This document shows positions 27,901 through 42,900 of a DNA stretch of 64,000 nucleotides, piece after piece. Within the stretch, counting starts at the first letter, position 1, and every line of letters starts with the position of its first letter. The notes under the pieces are model-generated. The model saw nothing but the letters and a program-made list of their open reading frames with translations. It did no database searches and had not been told where the DNA came from. Source of the DNA: Callorhinchus milii (Eukaryota). Both the position numbers and the translations under genes were made by a program. The stretch is from positions 110,362,001-110,426,000 of the forward strand of contig NW_024704743.1 of NCBI RefSeq assembly GCF_018977255.1, in the 5' to 3' direction.

Positions 27901-30900
27901 CTGGTTTAAGAGTTCAAACCTCAGGAAAATTTCCTGTAACTGAAGAATAAATAGGTAGTGGCAATAAAACAAATCTTTTGTATACTGTGAAGTTATATAT
28001 TTATAGGTAGTTACCTGTTTGTGTAAATTGCACATTCATTGGGCTTCAGTTTTAGGCACTCGCTGTACTTTCCAACAGCTTCCTTGTATCGGGCCTTTTT
28101 CACAAAACTATTTCCTTCGGTCTTCAAGGAAATAAAAAGCTCCTCTGTGCTTTTACCTGAAAGAATTGCACATAAAAAAAACTATTGGTGAGAAATTCAA
28201 TTAGGAAATTTATGTAATGTTATGTATCTATGTATTATTGTATTCTATGCAGACAACGCCCAAATCTAATTTTCTTTCTATACCCTCAACTCAAAGACTA
28301 CTGTTGTTCTGACTGACTGACTGCTGCCTATTCAGGCATCAAGTCCTAGATGAGCCATAACTTTCTCCAACTCAATGTCAACAAAACTGAGGCTATTCTG
28401 CTCAACTTCAGTCAGTGCCTCCTCACCCCAGGATGCTGACTCTATCAACCTCTCTAGTTCCCCAATCCAACTCAGAGTTTGTGCAGGTCCTCAAGTGTTT
28501 TTTTGTTTAACCCTTTTCATTCCGGCTCTGACCTGACCCGTTTTCCTCCATCTCCACATCACTGCCCACCTTCAGCACTACTTCATCCATTCCCCTCTCC
28601 AAAAGCACAGTTTGCATCTCTCCTTACCAGTCAGCGACTATTGTTTATAAGAGCATGAGAGGGGAGAGGGGGAAAAAAATCACATTTGACAATGCTTCAT
28701 GTAACCATTGGTGCAATTCCATTACCCACCTATCTGCAGCTACTTCCAATTTTATAAGACAACAACAACTTGCAACAACAACAACTTGAAAGAGGAGAGG
28801 GGGCAAGGCAGAGGGATTAAAGGAGAGTGTTCCAGAGTTTTGGAGCATAGTGGCTGAAAACACGACCTCCGATGGTGAGGCAGGAGGCCAGTGCCAATCG
28901 AGCAGAGGCGCCAGGTGATGGATTGGGGAGTGAGGAGGTCAGAGAAGTAGTGAGGTGCCAGCGAGTTAATGGATTTGAACACAAGAGTGAGGATCTTGAA
29001 GTTGAAGACGTTTTAATCAATTACCAAAACATCCAATAAAAAACATTGTTGTAAACAATATGTGAAATAAGCAGTTTCATACCTAGGTCCTGGTCTGATT
29101 TAATTTGTTTTTGATCAGTAGAAAGGGTCTTATTTCTGGCAGTGGAAGCAGACGCTTCATCCCATCTATACTGCTGTGCAGACACAGGGACTGTTGGAAT
29201 TGGTGGTAGTTTTTCTCGCCAATTTGTCCCATCCTGCTCTATCAATGTTCTTGTTATCCTGCAAAGGGAATTATATGGTTACATAACAAGCATAGTAATG
29301 CTTACATTTGTTAAAGCACCTTTCACGTTAAGAGGACGTCTCAAAGTGATTCACAGGATATATTGTAAAATGGTGTGACTGTGTATCTTGCAGGTGAATG
29401 ATGATGCAGCCAATACGAGCACAGCAATGTCCCACAAACAGCCATACAGTGAATGAACAATTTTATTTGGTAGATTGTGCGCCGGGACACTGGGAGAAAC
29501 TCCTTTCTCTTTTCGAATAGTGTCATGGGATCCTTCACGTCACCTGCACAAGCAGGCGGTCCTTGGTTTAACATCTCATCCAAAGGACAGCACCTCCAAC
29601 ATTGCAGCACATCCCTAGCATTGCATTAGGGTGTCAGCTTAAGACCATACAAGTTCCAATTCTGACATGGCTCTTGAATCCACAACTTCTGATTCAGAGA
29701 CAAGAATGCTACAAACTGAGCCAGGCTGACAACTCACAACAAAATGTAGAATAAATCCAGTTTAAAATAGTTTGAAGTACAGTTCTGATTCAGGGGGCAA
29801 TATTAAATAGACATTGTGGTCCTGAATAAAATGGGTTTTGCTCCTGTGTTGTTCAGCGCCACTCTTTTGTCTGAACTTGAAACCATTCAGTCCCATTCAC
29901 AGTGCAGAGGGGCAGAGGGGCTTTCATGAGCCACACGTTGAATCCAACCCTCAACTCAGTAAATTGATCTTTCGATAGGGTCGAATGGCAAACCTCTTCG
30001 AATTAGGTGTGTTCAGTATTGCAAACAAATTCAGCCTCAGTTTGACAACATCTGTGTGGACGTCTCAAAGCGCTTCACGGGTTTACTATAAAGTATAGTG
30101 ACTGAGTATTTGTAGGCAAACGCACGAAATTTGCACACAGTAATGTTCCATGAAGTGAATTACCAAATTTAACTTGGATTTAACAGGGTACTGGGAAAAC
30201 TCCTTTCATGTTTTGAAGTGCTGTGGAATCTTAAATGTTCACCTGAGCAGGCAGACAGGACAGAAGTTTAACATCCCATCCAAATGACAGCAATGAAGCG
30301 ACCCCCAAGACTGCATTCGAATTTCACCAAGATTATGTGGATTCAAAGTCCCAACCTGGGATTTGATCCCACAACCTTCTTTCTCAGAGGTGATAGCACT
30401 AACTAATTCTGACAGGCTGACGCATCAGTGGCTTTGTGAAATATATTATCTTCCTCGAAACATGTGAGCGACATACATTAGACGGTTTTGACAATCTTTA
30501 TCTTTTTTTCTTAGGACTTTTTCAGTCATCTTTACATTTCCTCTTTGCAGCTTCCTCCACCATGTACATTATCTGAAGAATTCCTGTTTTTTCCAGTTGG
30601 AGCTCTTAAAAGTAACCTTTAAGAGCTCTAACTTTGGGGGAAAAAAACACAGGAACTACTTTCAAGAGCTTTATATGAAGGAGGCCCACCAAATATTCTG
30701 TAACTTTAAGAGAGTATTTGGTGGGCCCCCTTCAAATAAAACATTTATTGCTCTTCTACTGTACTATACAGTGAAATAACAATGAAATGTCAAATCAATT
30801 AGTTTTTTTAGGGTGGGGTAAATTTGCATTAAGGTGTAATATTGGCAGCTCACATTAATTTAAATTTACAAGGGCAGTTTGAAAGCTGAAGAGGGAGAAA

Positions 30901-33900
30901 AGAGACAAAAGGAAAAAAAGAACAAGTAAAAAATAGGGGGAAATAATTCAGAAGTCAGAGACACCGAGAGCTTAGGTCCAGACTAGCTGCTGATGCACAC
31001 ACACAGATGGTTCGAGACCTAGATTTGTTATAGTCCCACTGTCACTTCTATGACTCTTAATAACATTAACAAAGTTTAAAAGTTTTTCCAACAAAGATCT
31101 AGCTTTTAGCTTATTACAGAATGTTACAATCTAACACCTTGCTATGGAAGATGTACGTCTATTAAAGTAACCATCTGTTAAAATAAACATCTGTTAAAAT
31201 AACTTTCTAACTCCTAAACTGATTGAATTTGCCTTCCTTCACACAATAGCACGTCACACTTGAAATACATTATTTTGCACAAAGCCTAACTGTTTTCATA
31301 TCAGCACTCAATAAATCCCTCTATGAAAGTCCTGCACAATTCAACACTATCAGTTGATGCGTTTGCCTGGTTATGTATAAAGATAACATAAACCATTTAC
31401 AACCTTGAAGATCATTACTTACAAAGGATTTGCAGACTCCATCTGCTCATGATCAGCATTACAAATTATTATTAGATTCTGTGGATGCGCAAGCTGGGAA
31501 GATTAGAGTACAGAAGGGTGATTGTGAGACACCATTACATTAAGTCAATAATCTACATCGTGAATTTACTGCCCTTCGTAACCTAATATTTGTTAATTAT
31601 ATACATGTCAAATACATTAAAACATCGAATACAGCTAATCAAAGTTCTGTCCCAGATTAGATCAATACAAAGCTAGAGAGGGAATTTCTCTCATTTTCCT
31701 TACCAAGATTCCTTCACATAAATTGCCTTCATGGCTGTTTGTAGCACCTTTCTGTATACAAAATACAAAATTCCACATTTGCCGACATTTTTCCTGTCAA
31801 AAATGATCTTTGGATAGCATTTATAGTTAATGAACCTACTTCAATCATTACATTCACATAACAATTGTAAATGTTTCAAGTCAAAGCTGGTGCTTGAGTC
31901 GCCTTTGCAATACTGCTGTGTTTTCTCACAACACGCTACAAACTCAATTGCAAGCCTGGGGCACGAGATCACACTCAGACAGACAAACACACACAGTAGT
32001 AGTCGTAGCAGATTTTCCAGCACCAAAATAGGGGAAAACAATGTACTTGGTTCAAGAATCAGAAGCATGTAATTGGAAGGATCTGGGTTTACATCAGCAA
32101 TTTTGCTTAGCCAGCACATCTGTATGGCTGATGAGGAAATTTAAATAAATTGTTAAACACATCACCCAGAGCTACCGTTGCCATGCCTCCCAGTGGCCAT
32201 TCACAGAAGCAAAATGAGGAACTTTGATGCAATAAATGAGGAAGAAGGGAATAGAGAGACATAAGAGGGAATTAGGCCAATGAAGGCTCATGTAAAGTAT
32301 TGGACCAAATGTCTGTTTCCATGCTGTATCATTCTATGCAATTCGGTGTCACATTCACATATGCACACAATTCACTTATATCCTGCATCCAATGGTCTGT
32401 ATAAAAATACTGCCAAATAAAATTCCTTAACCTTAATAATGCTTTCTGCGCTTAGTTAACAAATTGTAAGTTACATCAGTGGTGACCTGACAACCCGGAA
32501 CGACAACCAGCGCGTTAGCACTAGAAATCAGTTACACTCCTGCAGCCCCTGTGTCATAAACCGTATTAGCCATAGTTCCTTATAACAGTGTTGCATTGTA
32601 ATATATTGTTGCACTTTACTGACATCTTCATTGATATTGAATAGTCAACCAATCATTGTGAGCTTAGTGAATGTGTGTGATGGTGGCTGTAAACCCTAAT
32701 AAGTTTCGGTATTCACAAGAGTTTTTTTATTAAACATAATACTTAATTAATAGGTCTACGAAGATACCTATATAGCTTTCTTTTTCACATATACAAAGAG
32801 GTATATTATAAGCTTTTGATAGTATTTAGCTTGAATACAGAAGACAAAAAAAAACTAACCATAGAAAAATCTTTGAAGTCCTTTTAGCCCAAAGGCTACC
32901 TAACAACCACCATAACTAACTATTATATCTAAAACTGCCTTGATTTCCTGGCAAGTACAAGAAAGTCCTTTGGATTCATAACTGTGTTCAGTAATAAAAC
33001 TATGCTCACCTGTTTACACTGTCGTTTGCTATCTGGATCCTACTATCTATCTGAAGAGCAGTTTTGTAATCCACATAAGCTTGTCGGTAACGCTCTAGGG
33101 ATTCATAGCCCATAGCACGCCGTAGGAGAGGTTTAATAGAATAGGGTTGCAGCTCCAGTGACCTAGGGGACAAACACAAGAACAGTTTTACAACAAAACA
33201 ATATCTATACAATTACATACAACATACAAAATAAGAATAATTTGGTCACTCAATCCATGACTGTTTGTGGGACACTGCTGTATGCAACTGGCTGCCACGA
33301 TTTGCCCAAAAATATTTAGTCAATTTACTTTATAGTATATTCTGTGAAGTGCTTTGAGACGTCTAGGAGACGTGATAAGGCGCGATATCAATGCAAGGAT
33401 TCTGCCCAACTAGTCTGGGCCAGTGTTTTTATTCCACACGAGCCTGATCCCCTCCCCTAAGAGCCTCTAATTCCCTTCTTTCTCATGTACGCATCATGCT
33501 TATATATTTTGATGTCTTTTGTTTCAACCAACCATTTACAGTTCTAATGGAAAACTTTCAAGTGCTATTTATTCACCCAACTTACACTCGGAAAGCCATT
33601 TTAGTCTTTCTGCTTTTAAATTCCCTTGCTGTTTATTACCTACCAGCTAGAAGAATTACAATTCAACAAAATTATAACTCCAAATGACATAAGATAAATG
33701 AAAAAAATGCAATATAGCTAATATTCCTTTATGAACACCAATCTTCCACATGAATGCCGGGTTGTTAGCAGGTTATTTGACCTTGTCTGGGTTGGAATTA
33801 TTGTAGCACCATATAACCAGTGTGAGGGACAATGCAGACGATTTTTGCACTGGATTTAGTGCAGTGCCAAATTTCATGCAGGGAAATCCTTAGGGAATTG

Positions 33901-36900
33901 AGCACACTGAATATGGTAGCTATGAGAGCCAATCAGTGATCAAAGTTAAAAGAGATAGGTTAGCATGTAATTGAACAGCAATGACCTATTCAGCCATGAT
34001 AACAGGTAAAACTACTCAACGAGGACAGGCTGGTGGTCAGAGAAACTAGTATGATCCCCCCCCCACCATTTTATGTTGTCAAGAGCATATTCAGTTAAGG
34101 AGTTTCCATATCTCCATAGTAGTGATCAACATACTATAGCAATGTGTATGTATCAGGATACAAGCAGCAGAATTTTGGATGAGCCACACCTTGTGATTGG
34201 TAGAAACAGGAACAGTGGAAAAGTCCAGTCTGGAGGCAACATTGGCATGGATAGGAGTTGGCAATGTGGTGAAGTTGAAGAAAAACAAATTTAGGTATAA
34301 ATAAGGAAAAAGAACTGAGTGTCACACAGAACTCTACTAGCTCAGTGAGATGGAACAGCAACCATGGTAATCAGAGCCAGCTACAAGGAGGTGTTGGCGG
34401 GCAGCAAGTGGAGATTTTCTTTTTCACCTCGTATTACTTATAGTATATCGCCCACAAATATACAGTCAATTCACTTTACAGTATATTCTGTGAAGCGCTT
34501 TGAGACGTGTAGAAGATGTGAAAAAGCGCTATATCAAATGCAAGGATTATTATTATATTATTATTATAACAATCCTTGCATTAAACATCACTCCTGGTCA
34601 CATCACTGAGACATCCTGTAGCTCAGTGGTTAGAGCACTCGCTTTGCAAGCGAGAGACCAGAGTTCAATTCCAGGCAGGGCGAAACCTTGGGCAAGTTTC
34701 CTTACTCCACACAGAGCCTAATAATAATCCCTCCAAAAACCCAAAAAACAATAATAAATTGGTCATTTTCAATCTACGACTGTTTGTGGGACATTGCTGT
34801 GCACAATTGGCTGCCGTGTTCGCCCACAAATATAGTCAATTCACTTTACAGTGTGTTCTGTGAAGCGCTTTGGGACGTCCTCCCGACGTGAAAAGCGCTA
34901 TATCAAATGCAAGGATTATTATTATTATTATTATTATTATCGCAAAGCACTTCATAGGTTTTTATTATGAAGTATTGTGACTCTGTATTTATAGGCAAAC
35001 AAGGTAGTCAATTTGCACACAGCAATGACACACAGAACAGTCATGAAATGAGTGACCAACTTTTATTTGGTGGACTGTTTGCCTGGATACTGGGAGAAAC
35101 TGTTTTCTCTTCTTCTATAATACCATGGGATCTTTAACATCCATCTGAACCAGCAGGCAGGGCCTCAGTTTAACCTCTCATCCGAAAGATGGCACCTTCA
35201 ACACAACTTGCAAGACTCAATGCAAATGCCAATTTAGTGCTGGATTTAGAACTGCTTTGTGCTGTGAGCCCATATGCATTAAGAACTGGCCAAACTAATT
35301 TCATGGAGAGTGCTTTAGAAAGAGAGACTAAATATATTCATATCCTGGGTTTGAACTTGGGTTTCTTACGTGAAAGGGCAATAAGCTAACCCATTGTGCC
35401 AAATGATCACTTAACTAAAATGTTGCCCCAATTATTTTAAAGTTTCCTGCATTGTTTTATACTCCCTATCCTGGACTTCACAATATTCATTAGTCAAGAT
35501 AGCAAGAAGTGAGTTTTCCCACACCTCTGCCAATGTTGTTCTGTAAGTGGCCACAAAGAATATACAAAAGTGTTGGGATGAATTTCCTTTTCTGGCAAAG
35601 GACTTGCCTCCTAACCAGCATTTGGGAAGTTCATCCTATCACATCATGAGGTGGGTTATTACACATCTCATTTCTGTGACTGAAAAGTTATGACATCAAA
35701 ACAGCACATCCCACTACTGGAAAATGCCGGTTATATCCATGCACAAACCATTGTAAACTCACCTAGTGCAATCCTGAATACATTCACTGCTATTTCCATC
35801 CTTCAGATAACATGCTGCTCGATTTGAATACAAGATGCTCAGCTCTGCTGGGTAGCCTGTTGCTTGATAGACAACACAAGACAGCTTTAGAACCATTATC
35901 AGATTTATGCTTTCTACTCGCTGCTTTCCTGAAGGCAGCAAACTGTACTGGATATACCCCAGGGGATTACGCAGTTTCGCGCCAGTGTAATTTCGTGCAT
36001 AATACATTTCATTACGAGTAGGTACATAATATGGCCAAACTGCCTCATACCTCCTGTTCTGCCTCTCTTCCCATCGCTCTGCGCACTGCCTCCAGAGGTA
36101 GAAATTCATACAAATTCATGATAATTCATGAAAACTAGCCTCCATATCTTTCTAACGATATTGTTACCTTGTACTTAAATTGTAAAAAAGTGTAATTTTG
36201 CATAATTTTTATTTCTTCTTTTCATAATATCTAATCTTGTGTGTGCGTGTACATAAAACTGGGGTGCAGTTCCACAGTAGCAAAATACCTCCCATGCTTC
36301 ACTTAAGTGGCAATTCCTTACATCTAAACCCAATGGTGAACATGGAGACCTTACCTTGGAGTTGGAATCTCTTGTCACCCATTCTTACAAGTTTCCAGGA
36401 GAAGTTCCTGATCAAGTTTTGGTAATTTCTCCTTTATAACTTAAGAGACATTAATACAAATCATACTACTCTGTCACTCTGGGATCTGTTAACTCAGCAC
36501 AGATGTATTGATCGTGGGGCTCCTTGGTTTTTATAGTGATAAATTTATGTACTAATCAATGGGGGGGGGGGGGGGGGAAGGGAAACTCACGATTACAACA
36601 ACAACATTACATTTGTATAGCACCCTTCACGTCGGGAGGAGGTCCCAAGGCGTTGGACAATGTACAGCAATTCAGGCCAGAGCTGGGGTCGGAGGGGAGA
36701 AGAGGGGTGGCCGATGGCACGGTCGAAGAGGAGGATTTTGAGGCGAGACTTGAAGGAGGCCAAGGAGGGGCGAGGTGGAGTGATTGGGGGATGGAATTCC
36801 AGAGGCGCAGAGTGGCTGAAGGCTTTCCCGCCAATGGTGGGGCGGGGAACGTGAAGCAGGCCAGAGCCGGCTGAGTGGAGGGAGCAGGCGGTTGGTAGGG

Positions 36901-39900
36901 GGTTAGGAGGTCGCAAAGGTAGGTGGGGCGAGGCCATGGAGGGCTTTGTAGGTGAGGACCAGAATCTTGAACTGGATCCTCTGAAGGATAGGGAGCTAAT
37001 AGAGTCGAGCGAGAACGGGGGAGATGGGGTCACGGAGTTTGGTGCGGGAGAGGACACGGGCTGCAGAGTTCTGGATTATCTGCAGCCTGTGGAGGGAGGA
37101 GTTGAGAAGGCCGACAAGCAGGGCGTTTGTATAGTCGAGCCTGGAGGTGATGAAGGCATTAACAAGAGTTTCAGCGGCCTAAGGTAGTGGTGGAGATTAC
37201 ACCTTTAACAGGCACCTTATTTCTAAAGAGAAATATCTAAACATATGTCTGCGTGTACGTAAAAACATACTTTATTTTGCACCACACACTGAGGAGTGAC
37301 AGCCTAATTTTTCAATGTCATTTCCAGCATCAGTGAATAAACAGTTGTCACAAAGTGTAATGAGAATCCTAGAATCTTTGAGCACAAACGATCATCATAC
37401 TCTGAAACACAATGGAAACTACTTAAGTCGGACACATCAGGGCCACCCATTTGGTCCGGCTAAAGAAGCTTCTTCTGTAGTTATTTGTTCTGTCCCACTC
37501 TCCTTCCTTTATCCCATACCCTTTCATATTCTTCCTTTTCAAATATTGGTCTCATTCCCTTTTAAAAGCTACTATGTCTTATGCTTCAACCAGTTCTTCG
37601 GTAGGATATTCCACATCGCTCTCTGTGGAAGAACTATTTTACCAACCTTTTTTTTTCTTCTTCGGTAATGATCTTAAATTTATGCCCCCTCTTGCTACCA
37701 ACTGACTGACCAGTGGAATTCACCTGATCAAAACCTCAATAACTTTTAAAACCTCTTTATCTCTCAACATTCTCTAGGCGAGTGTAAACTTCCCGTTTTT
37801 TTCTGGTCTCTCCTCATAAGTGAAGATGCTCATTCCTGCCGGGCAGTGGAATTTTAAATTAGTTGGATTTTGTGGATGGTGGAGCTGGATATACAGGCGA
37901 GGAAGGCATTGGAATAGTCGAGACGAGAGGTGACGAAAGGGTTGTCAAGGGTTTCAGCTGTGTTGGATGTGAGGTACAGTCGGAGGCGGGCAATGTGATG
38001 AAGGTGGAAGAAAGTGGTTGTGGTCAGTGCCCGCTTGTGGGGTAAGTAGGACAGCTGCAGATTGAACCTGATGCCTAGGTTACGCATTAAGGCACTGATT
38101 GGCAATTTATGGACCTTCTTTCCCTCCCCTTTCACCACCATGTTATAAACTGCTCCAGTGGATAAAATACAAATTTATATGTATAATAGCAGCCTTCGTG
38201 TCGGGAGAACGTCCTAAGGTGCCTGATAATTCTGTTTTGGCAACCGATCTGGCGGTGGTAGCCAACGGGGTAGTGAGGGTTAAGATGACCATAAGTGCGG
38301 CCAAAGAGGTACTTGAGATGGACCTAAAAAGCAGCACGGGAGGAGCAAGTCTGCTGGACTGCGGGATAGAGTTCTATAAACCAAGAGCACATAGGCTGAA
38401 AGCCCGGCCACCGATGCTGGGGAAGTAGGATGCGCACATCAAAGAGGAGCTGCCAGTCAGCACTACCATATCAGGCTGTCACCAACCATATGACCTCTGA
38501 CGCCACTACATGTCTGTAAAAATCTGGTCAGCTTCACCAGTGCGTGTCATGCGTGAAATCGTATTGTTGCAGTGAACATTTTAAAGCACAGCAGCTGGAT
38601 TTTAAGCGCAATTTGAAGTGCAACGACACATTGAGCTGGCACAATGTCAAGATTTGAGATTTTTAAGTAAGATAATGTCGTGGTCCACAACCCAGTTGTG
38701 CCAGAAGCAAACCTGCATTATTACGAAGTACATTATAACAGGGCTGCTGCACTAGACTTTTATTCACTCAAGATAAAAACAGTGTTCAGTAGATCTGGTC
38801 AATAATATTTTTTTAAAAATCTATCATACCTGATTCAGTGAGTTCAGTGATGGCTTCGGTATATTTGAGTTCTGCAGCTCCAAACTGTCCATTCTTGAAG
38901 AGCTCATTCCCTTCACTCTTAAGCTTTGCTATGGCAGAGGGCAAGGCCTGTAAACTCTTCTCTCTCACTGTCGGTGAAAATGACCTGACAGCAGACACCT
39001 GAATGTCGTCAGTTTTTGGAGGATCCTGATTTCTTCTTTTTGCTGTGTTGGTATCATTCTTGACATTTTTACTTCCAGTTTCAGAATTATGTTTACTAGG
39101 TCCATTTTTGCTCACTGCTGGTAAGCTATCCTTACTGCCATTTCCAGCATTCCCCCGTGTTGCAGTATTCTGGCTATCATTCTTTCCATTTGCTGTGTTC
39201 TTTTCATTAGACTGTCCTTCATGTTTGCTTGAAAACTTTTTCAATATATTTCCCATTACAGTCTTTGCATTTGTTGTACCTCCACCGAATTGCGTATTGG
39301 AATCTATAAGGAAGTCCACATACCAGAAACCAGAGTGCATCAGTGGAAAAAACTATTACAGTGCTTAAGAAAGGGGTGTTAGGAAAATCTCATTAGAAAC
39401 TTAAAGCAACAACAACCTCGCATTTCACAAGCAAAATAGTGTCAAAATATCAGCTACACACAACATTTTTACAAACCAGTGACACTGTCAAAAGAAGTCA
39501 CAAACAGGTATGTATCTTTAGCTGATATGATTGCCTCCCTGTGTCAGCAAAAACGTGGATTAATTTGAATTGCAAATAATCATAAGGGTCAAATACTATA
39601 AAACCTGCGAGTTAAAACAGAAAGGACTGAGCTGATCTGAAACCTCAGGGAAGTAGATGTTGTTCAGCCAATACATTATGCAGCATTATTAACTCTTTGA
39701 GAGCTGAAATTACTTTTCTTCCTTGTGAACATCTGCAAAAAGCATTTTCTGTTAAAAGTTCTAATCTCAATAATATACATTGCAATTTGGGAAGTGCACA
39801 TTTCTGAATTCATAGCACACTTTGATTTTTTTAAATAATTTATATAAATATCATTCACTAGCAACCATACCTTGTCCCATCCCATTTCATCCCACCCCCA

Positions 39901-42900
39901 TCACTGCATCAAGCTGCTTTTTAACTTAAATGAGGCCCAGTGTCCTGGCCTCTGCACCTTCCCTGCTAACCTGTTGATTACCCTCTGCCTAAAGAGAATC
40001 TTCCTGGGGTCTGTCCTGAATTGGTCTTTACAGCTTGAAACCTGTGTCCTCTTGATTCTAAAATAATAATCTGCGTTTAGTATTTCAATCACATTTAAAA
40101 TGTTATACCCTGTATGAGGTTCTCTCTAAATCACCTTCTCTCAAGCTTGAAGAGCCCGAGCTTGTCCAATCATTACTCACAATTCATTCCTCTAACATTG
40201 GGGATCATGGCTATTTACTGCCAGTCAGAAAGACAATCAATAGCACAGTAACACATTAACCACCTCCCGGAGCCCGGCACAGAGACAAAGAGCGCAAGAT
40301 TGGTCTGTATACTGTGTGTGTGGGCGAGCGCGCGCATCTGGGCGAGCGCGCGCATCTGGGCGAGCGCGCGCATCTGGGTGAGTGTGCACGCGTGCCTGCA
40401 TTGTGTGTGTGTGTGTCTGTGCCTGCATTGTGCGTCTGTGTTGTGTGTGTACGCCTGAGTTGTGTTTTTGTGTGTGCCTGCGTTGTGTGCGTTTGAGTGT
40501 GTACGCCTGCATGTGTATCTGCGTGTGTGCGTGTATCTGCGTGCATCTGTATCTTTAAGTGTATGTAGCATGCATACCACACACTACTGTTTGTGGGACG
40601 CTGCTGTGCACAATTGGCTGCCACGTTTCATCCACAAATATAAAATCAATTCACTTTACAGTATATTCTGTGAAGCACATTGAGAAGTTTTGAAGACGTG
40701 AAAAGCGTTATATCAAATGCAAGGATTATTATATTATTATTAATAATAATGCTATATGAGCAAATTCAGACCAGCCATTGCTCATAAAATTTCAAAATGC
40801 GCGAAGCATGTTTAAGAATTATTATGATATACTTTTATTCAGTCATACCGGGATGACATCCCAAAGCGCTTCACAAAACTGATTGGCAGCTCGAGAGTGG
40901 GGTGGGGGAGAAGAGAGCCCAGGCACTAGAGGCATATAGATAGTGAAAAGGATTGAGGGCAGAGCCCTTAGGAATGCCACGTGACTGTGCTGGGATAAAG
41001 GAGAAAGTACTGGAGGAGACAAAGTGAAGACACTGGGACAAGTAAGAATGAGACCAGGAAAGGACAGAACCATGGAAGTGGAACAAGGAAGAGGAGACTG
41101 GAGAAGGATGGATGGTCAGTATTATAGAAGGTGGCAGGCAGATCAAGAATAGCAAAGAGACAGCTCTGGTCGGAGATGGCAAGAACTTTGTTGGCATTAA
41201 GAACCATAAAAGTGTTTAATGTTTCCGACTTTGGGGGAAAAGATCAAAATTTATCTAGAGTAATGATATTAATTTTTGGACTCTAAGGGGGTTGAAAAAG
41301 GGAATGATCAAGAGATGAACATAATACACGACTAGATTTATATCAGAGAGAACACAAAAAACATGCCTGGACCCCACCTGCCCCCATCCAGCAAACTTGT
41401 TTAAACTCCAGAATTTTAAACTCAAGAAAGGCTGAAGTTGGCAATATCCAGGTCTTGAACTGAACACACATACACAAACTCAAAGGATTTTCCACTGACT
41501 TCATGCACATAGGAAGCACCCTGGGATGCCTTTGCCACCAAAATGACCCCGAAGCCACAACTACAAGTTGTAAAATGTAACAACTACCAATCATATTTTC
41601 ATTGACCATCCTCACCTTCATTTTGATTTGCATTTTCTCTCTCCTCCTCAATAGAGTCCTCCACTACTTTGATGGTCATCCTTTTCCCCTTTTTCTGTGT
41701 TTTGGATGGAGGCTGCGAGTTTTTTAGCTTCTGCTCAACTTCCTCAAGCAATTTCTGAAAATCGTTATTCATTAGGACAACAGTTATATCCCATCTCCAA
41801 TATACTTTTGGACAATGTTTTAGTTTAGTAGAAGAAAAATAATTAGCACTCTTTAGCTGAAAACAAATCAGCAGTTTAAATCACAGGTGTCCAATGGAGG
41901 ACAGCCTATATCTTAGGCTGCACCTTTCCTTAGAACTGAACTTGAAAAAGAAATTCTCTTTAATGGAATGGAAAAAAATCTTTAGGTGATGAAGTGGCTA
42001 GGGATGAAAAGAAGGTATTCTTCCCTGGCTCTACTGTGCTTCAGTTTGTCCCCCCTTGACTTGCATACATTCAAACACTATTAATATATGTATTGGATTT
42101 ATGCACAGGTGCTTAAGATAAATTCCGTATTCAATGGTTTATTAGGGAGTGTCCTATTATAGACATACTCGAGAACGTCATGAGAGGGAGTTTATCCTAG
42201 TGTCCTGACCAACAATCCCCAAATAAAATTGGTCATTCACTTCAGACTGTTTGTGGGACATTGCTGTGCACAAGTTGACTGCTGCATTAGTCCACAACGT
42301 ACACAGTTACTCTACTTTACAGTATATCCTGTATATACACAAAGCTTTGGAAGTCGCTTGTTGAATAGCACTTAAGTGCTTATCAAATGTCGTTCATAGT
42401 TGCCTATCTTTAAAGTAGGACAACCATTTGCACTTCTACTCTTAAGCATGGGCAGCACACACTGATTTCTGGTAGGTACAAATAATAAACGGGATTCTAC
42501 AGTAAAATAACACTACAATAGAAAACCAGGATTCATTATTACCATCTCTTCATTCTCTCAGGTGGTATTATTTTCTAATTATGGTAGTTTAATAAACAAA
42601 TTACTACCTCTATCACAATACTATATCATAGAATAGAATCATACAGCACGGAAAGAGGCCATTCGGCCCATCGCGTCTGCGCCAGCTCCTAAAAGAGCAA
42701 TCCAACTCAATCTCACCAGCTCGCTTTCTCTCCATAGCCCTGCAATCCTATCTTCCCCAAATACCCATCCACTTCTCTCTTAAAAGTTATTATTGAATTG
42801 GCTTCCATTACCCTTTCAGGTAATGCATTCCAGATCTGAACAACTCGCTGGGCGAATTTCCTAACCTCCCCTCTGTTTCTTTTAACAACTATCTTAAATC

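Noticed and set aside
34688..34891. Recurrent ORFs [17 protein letters not shown] (also 13193, 46413, 53631)
   Set aside because: Chance translations of the SINE with variable frameshifts; not a gene family.
40321..40378. CRISPR-like direct repeats
   Set aside because: Head-to-tail tandem units without spacers, in a eukaryotic intron.
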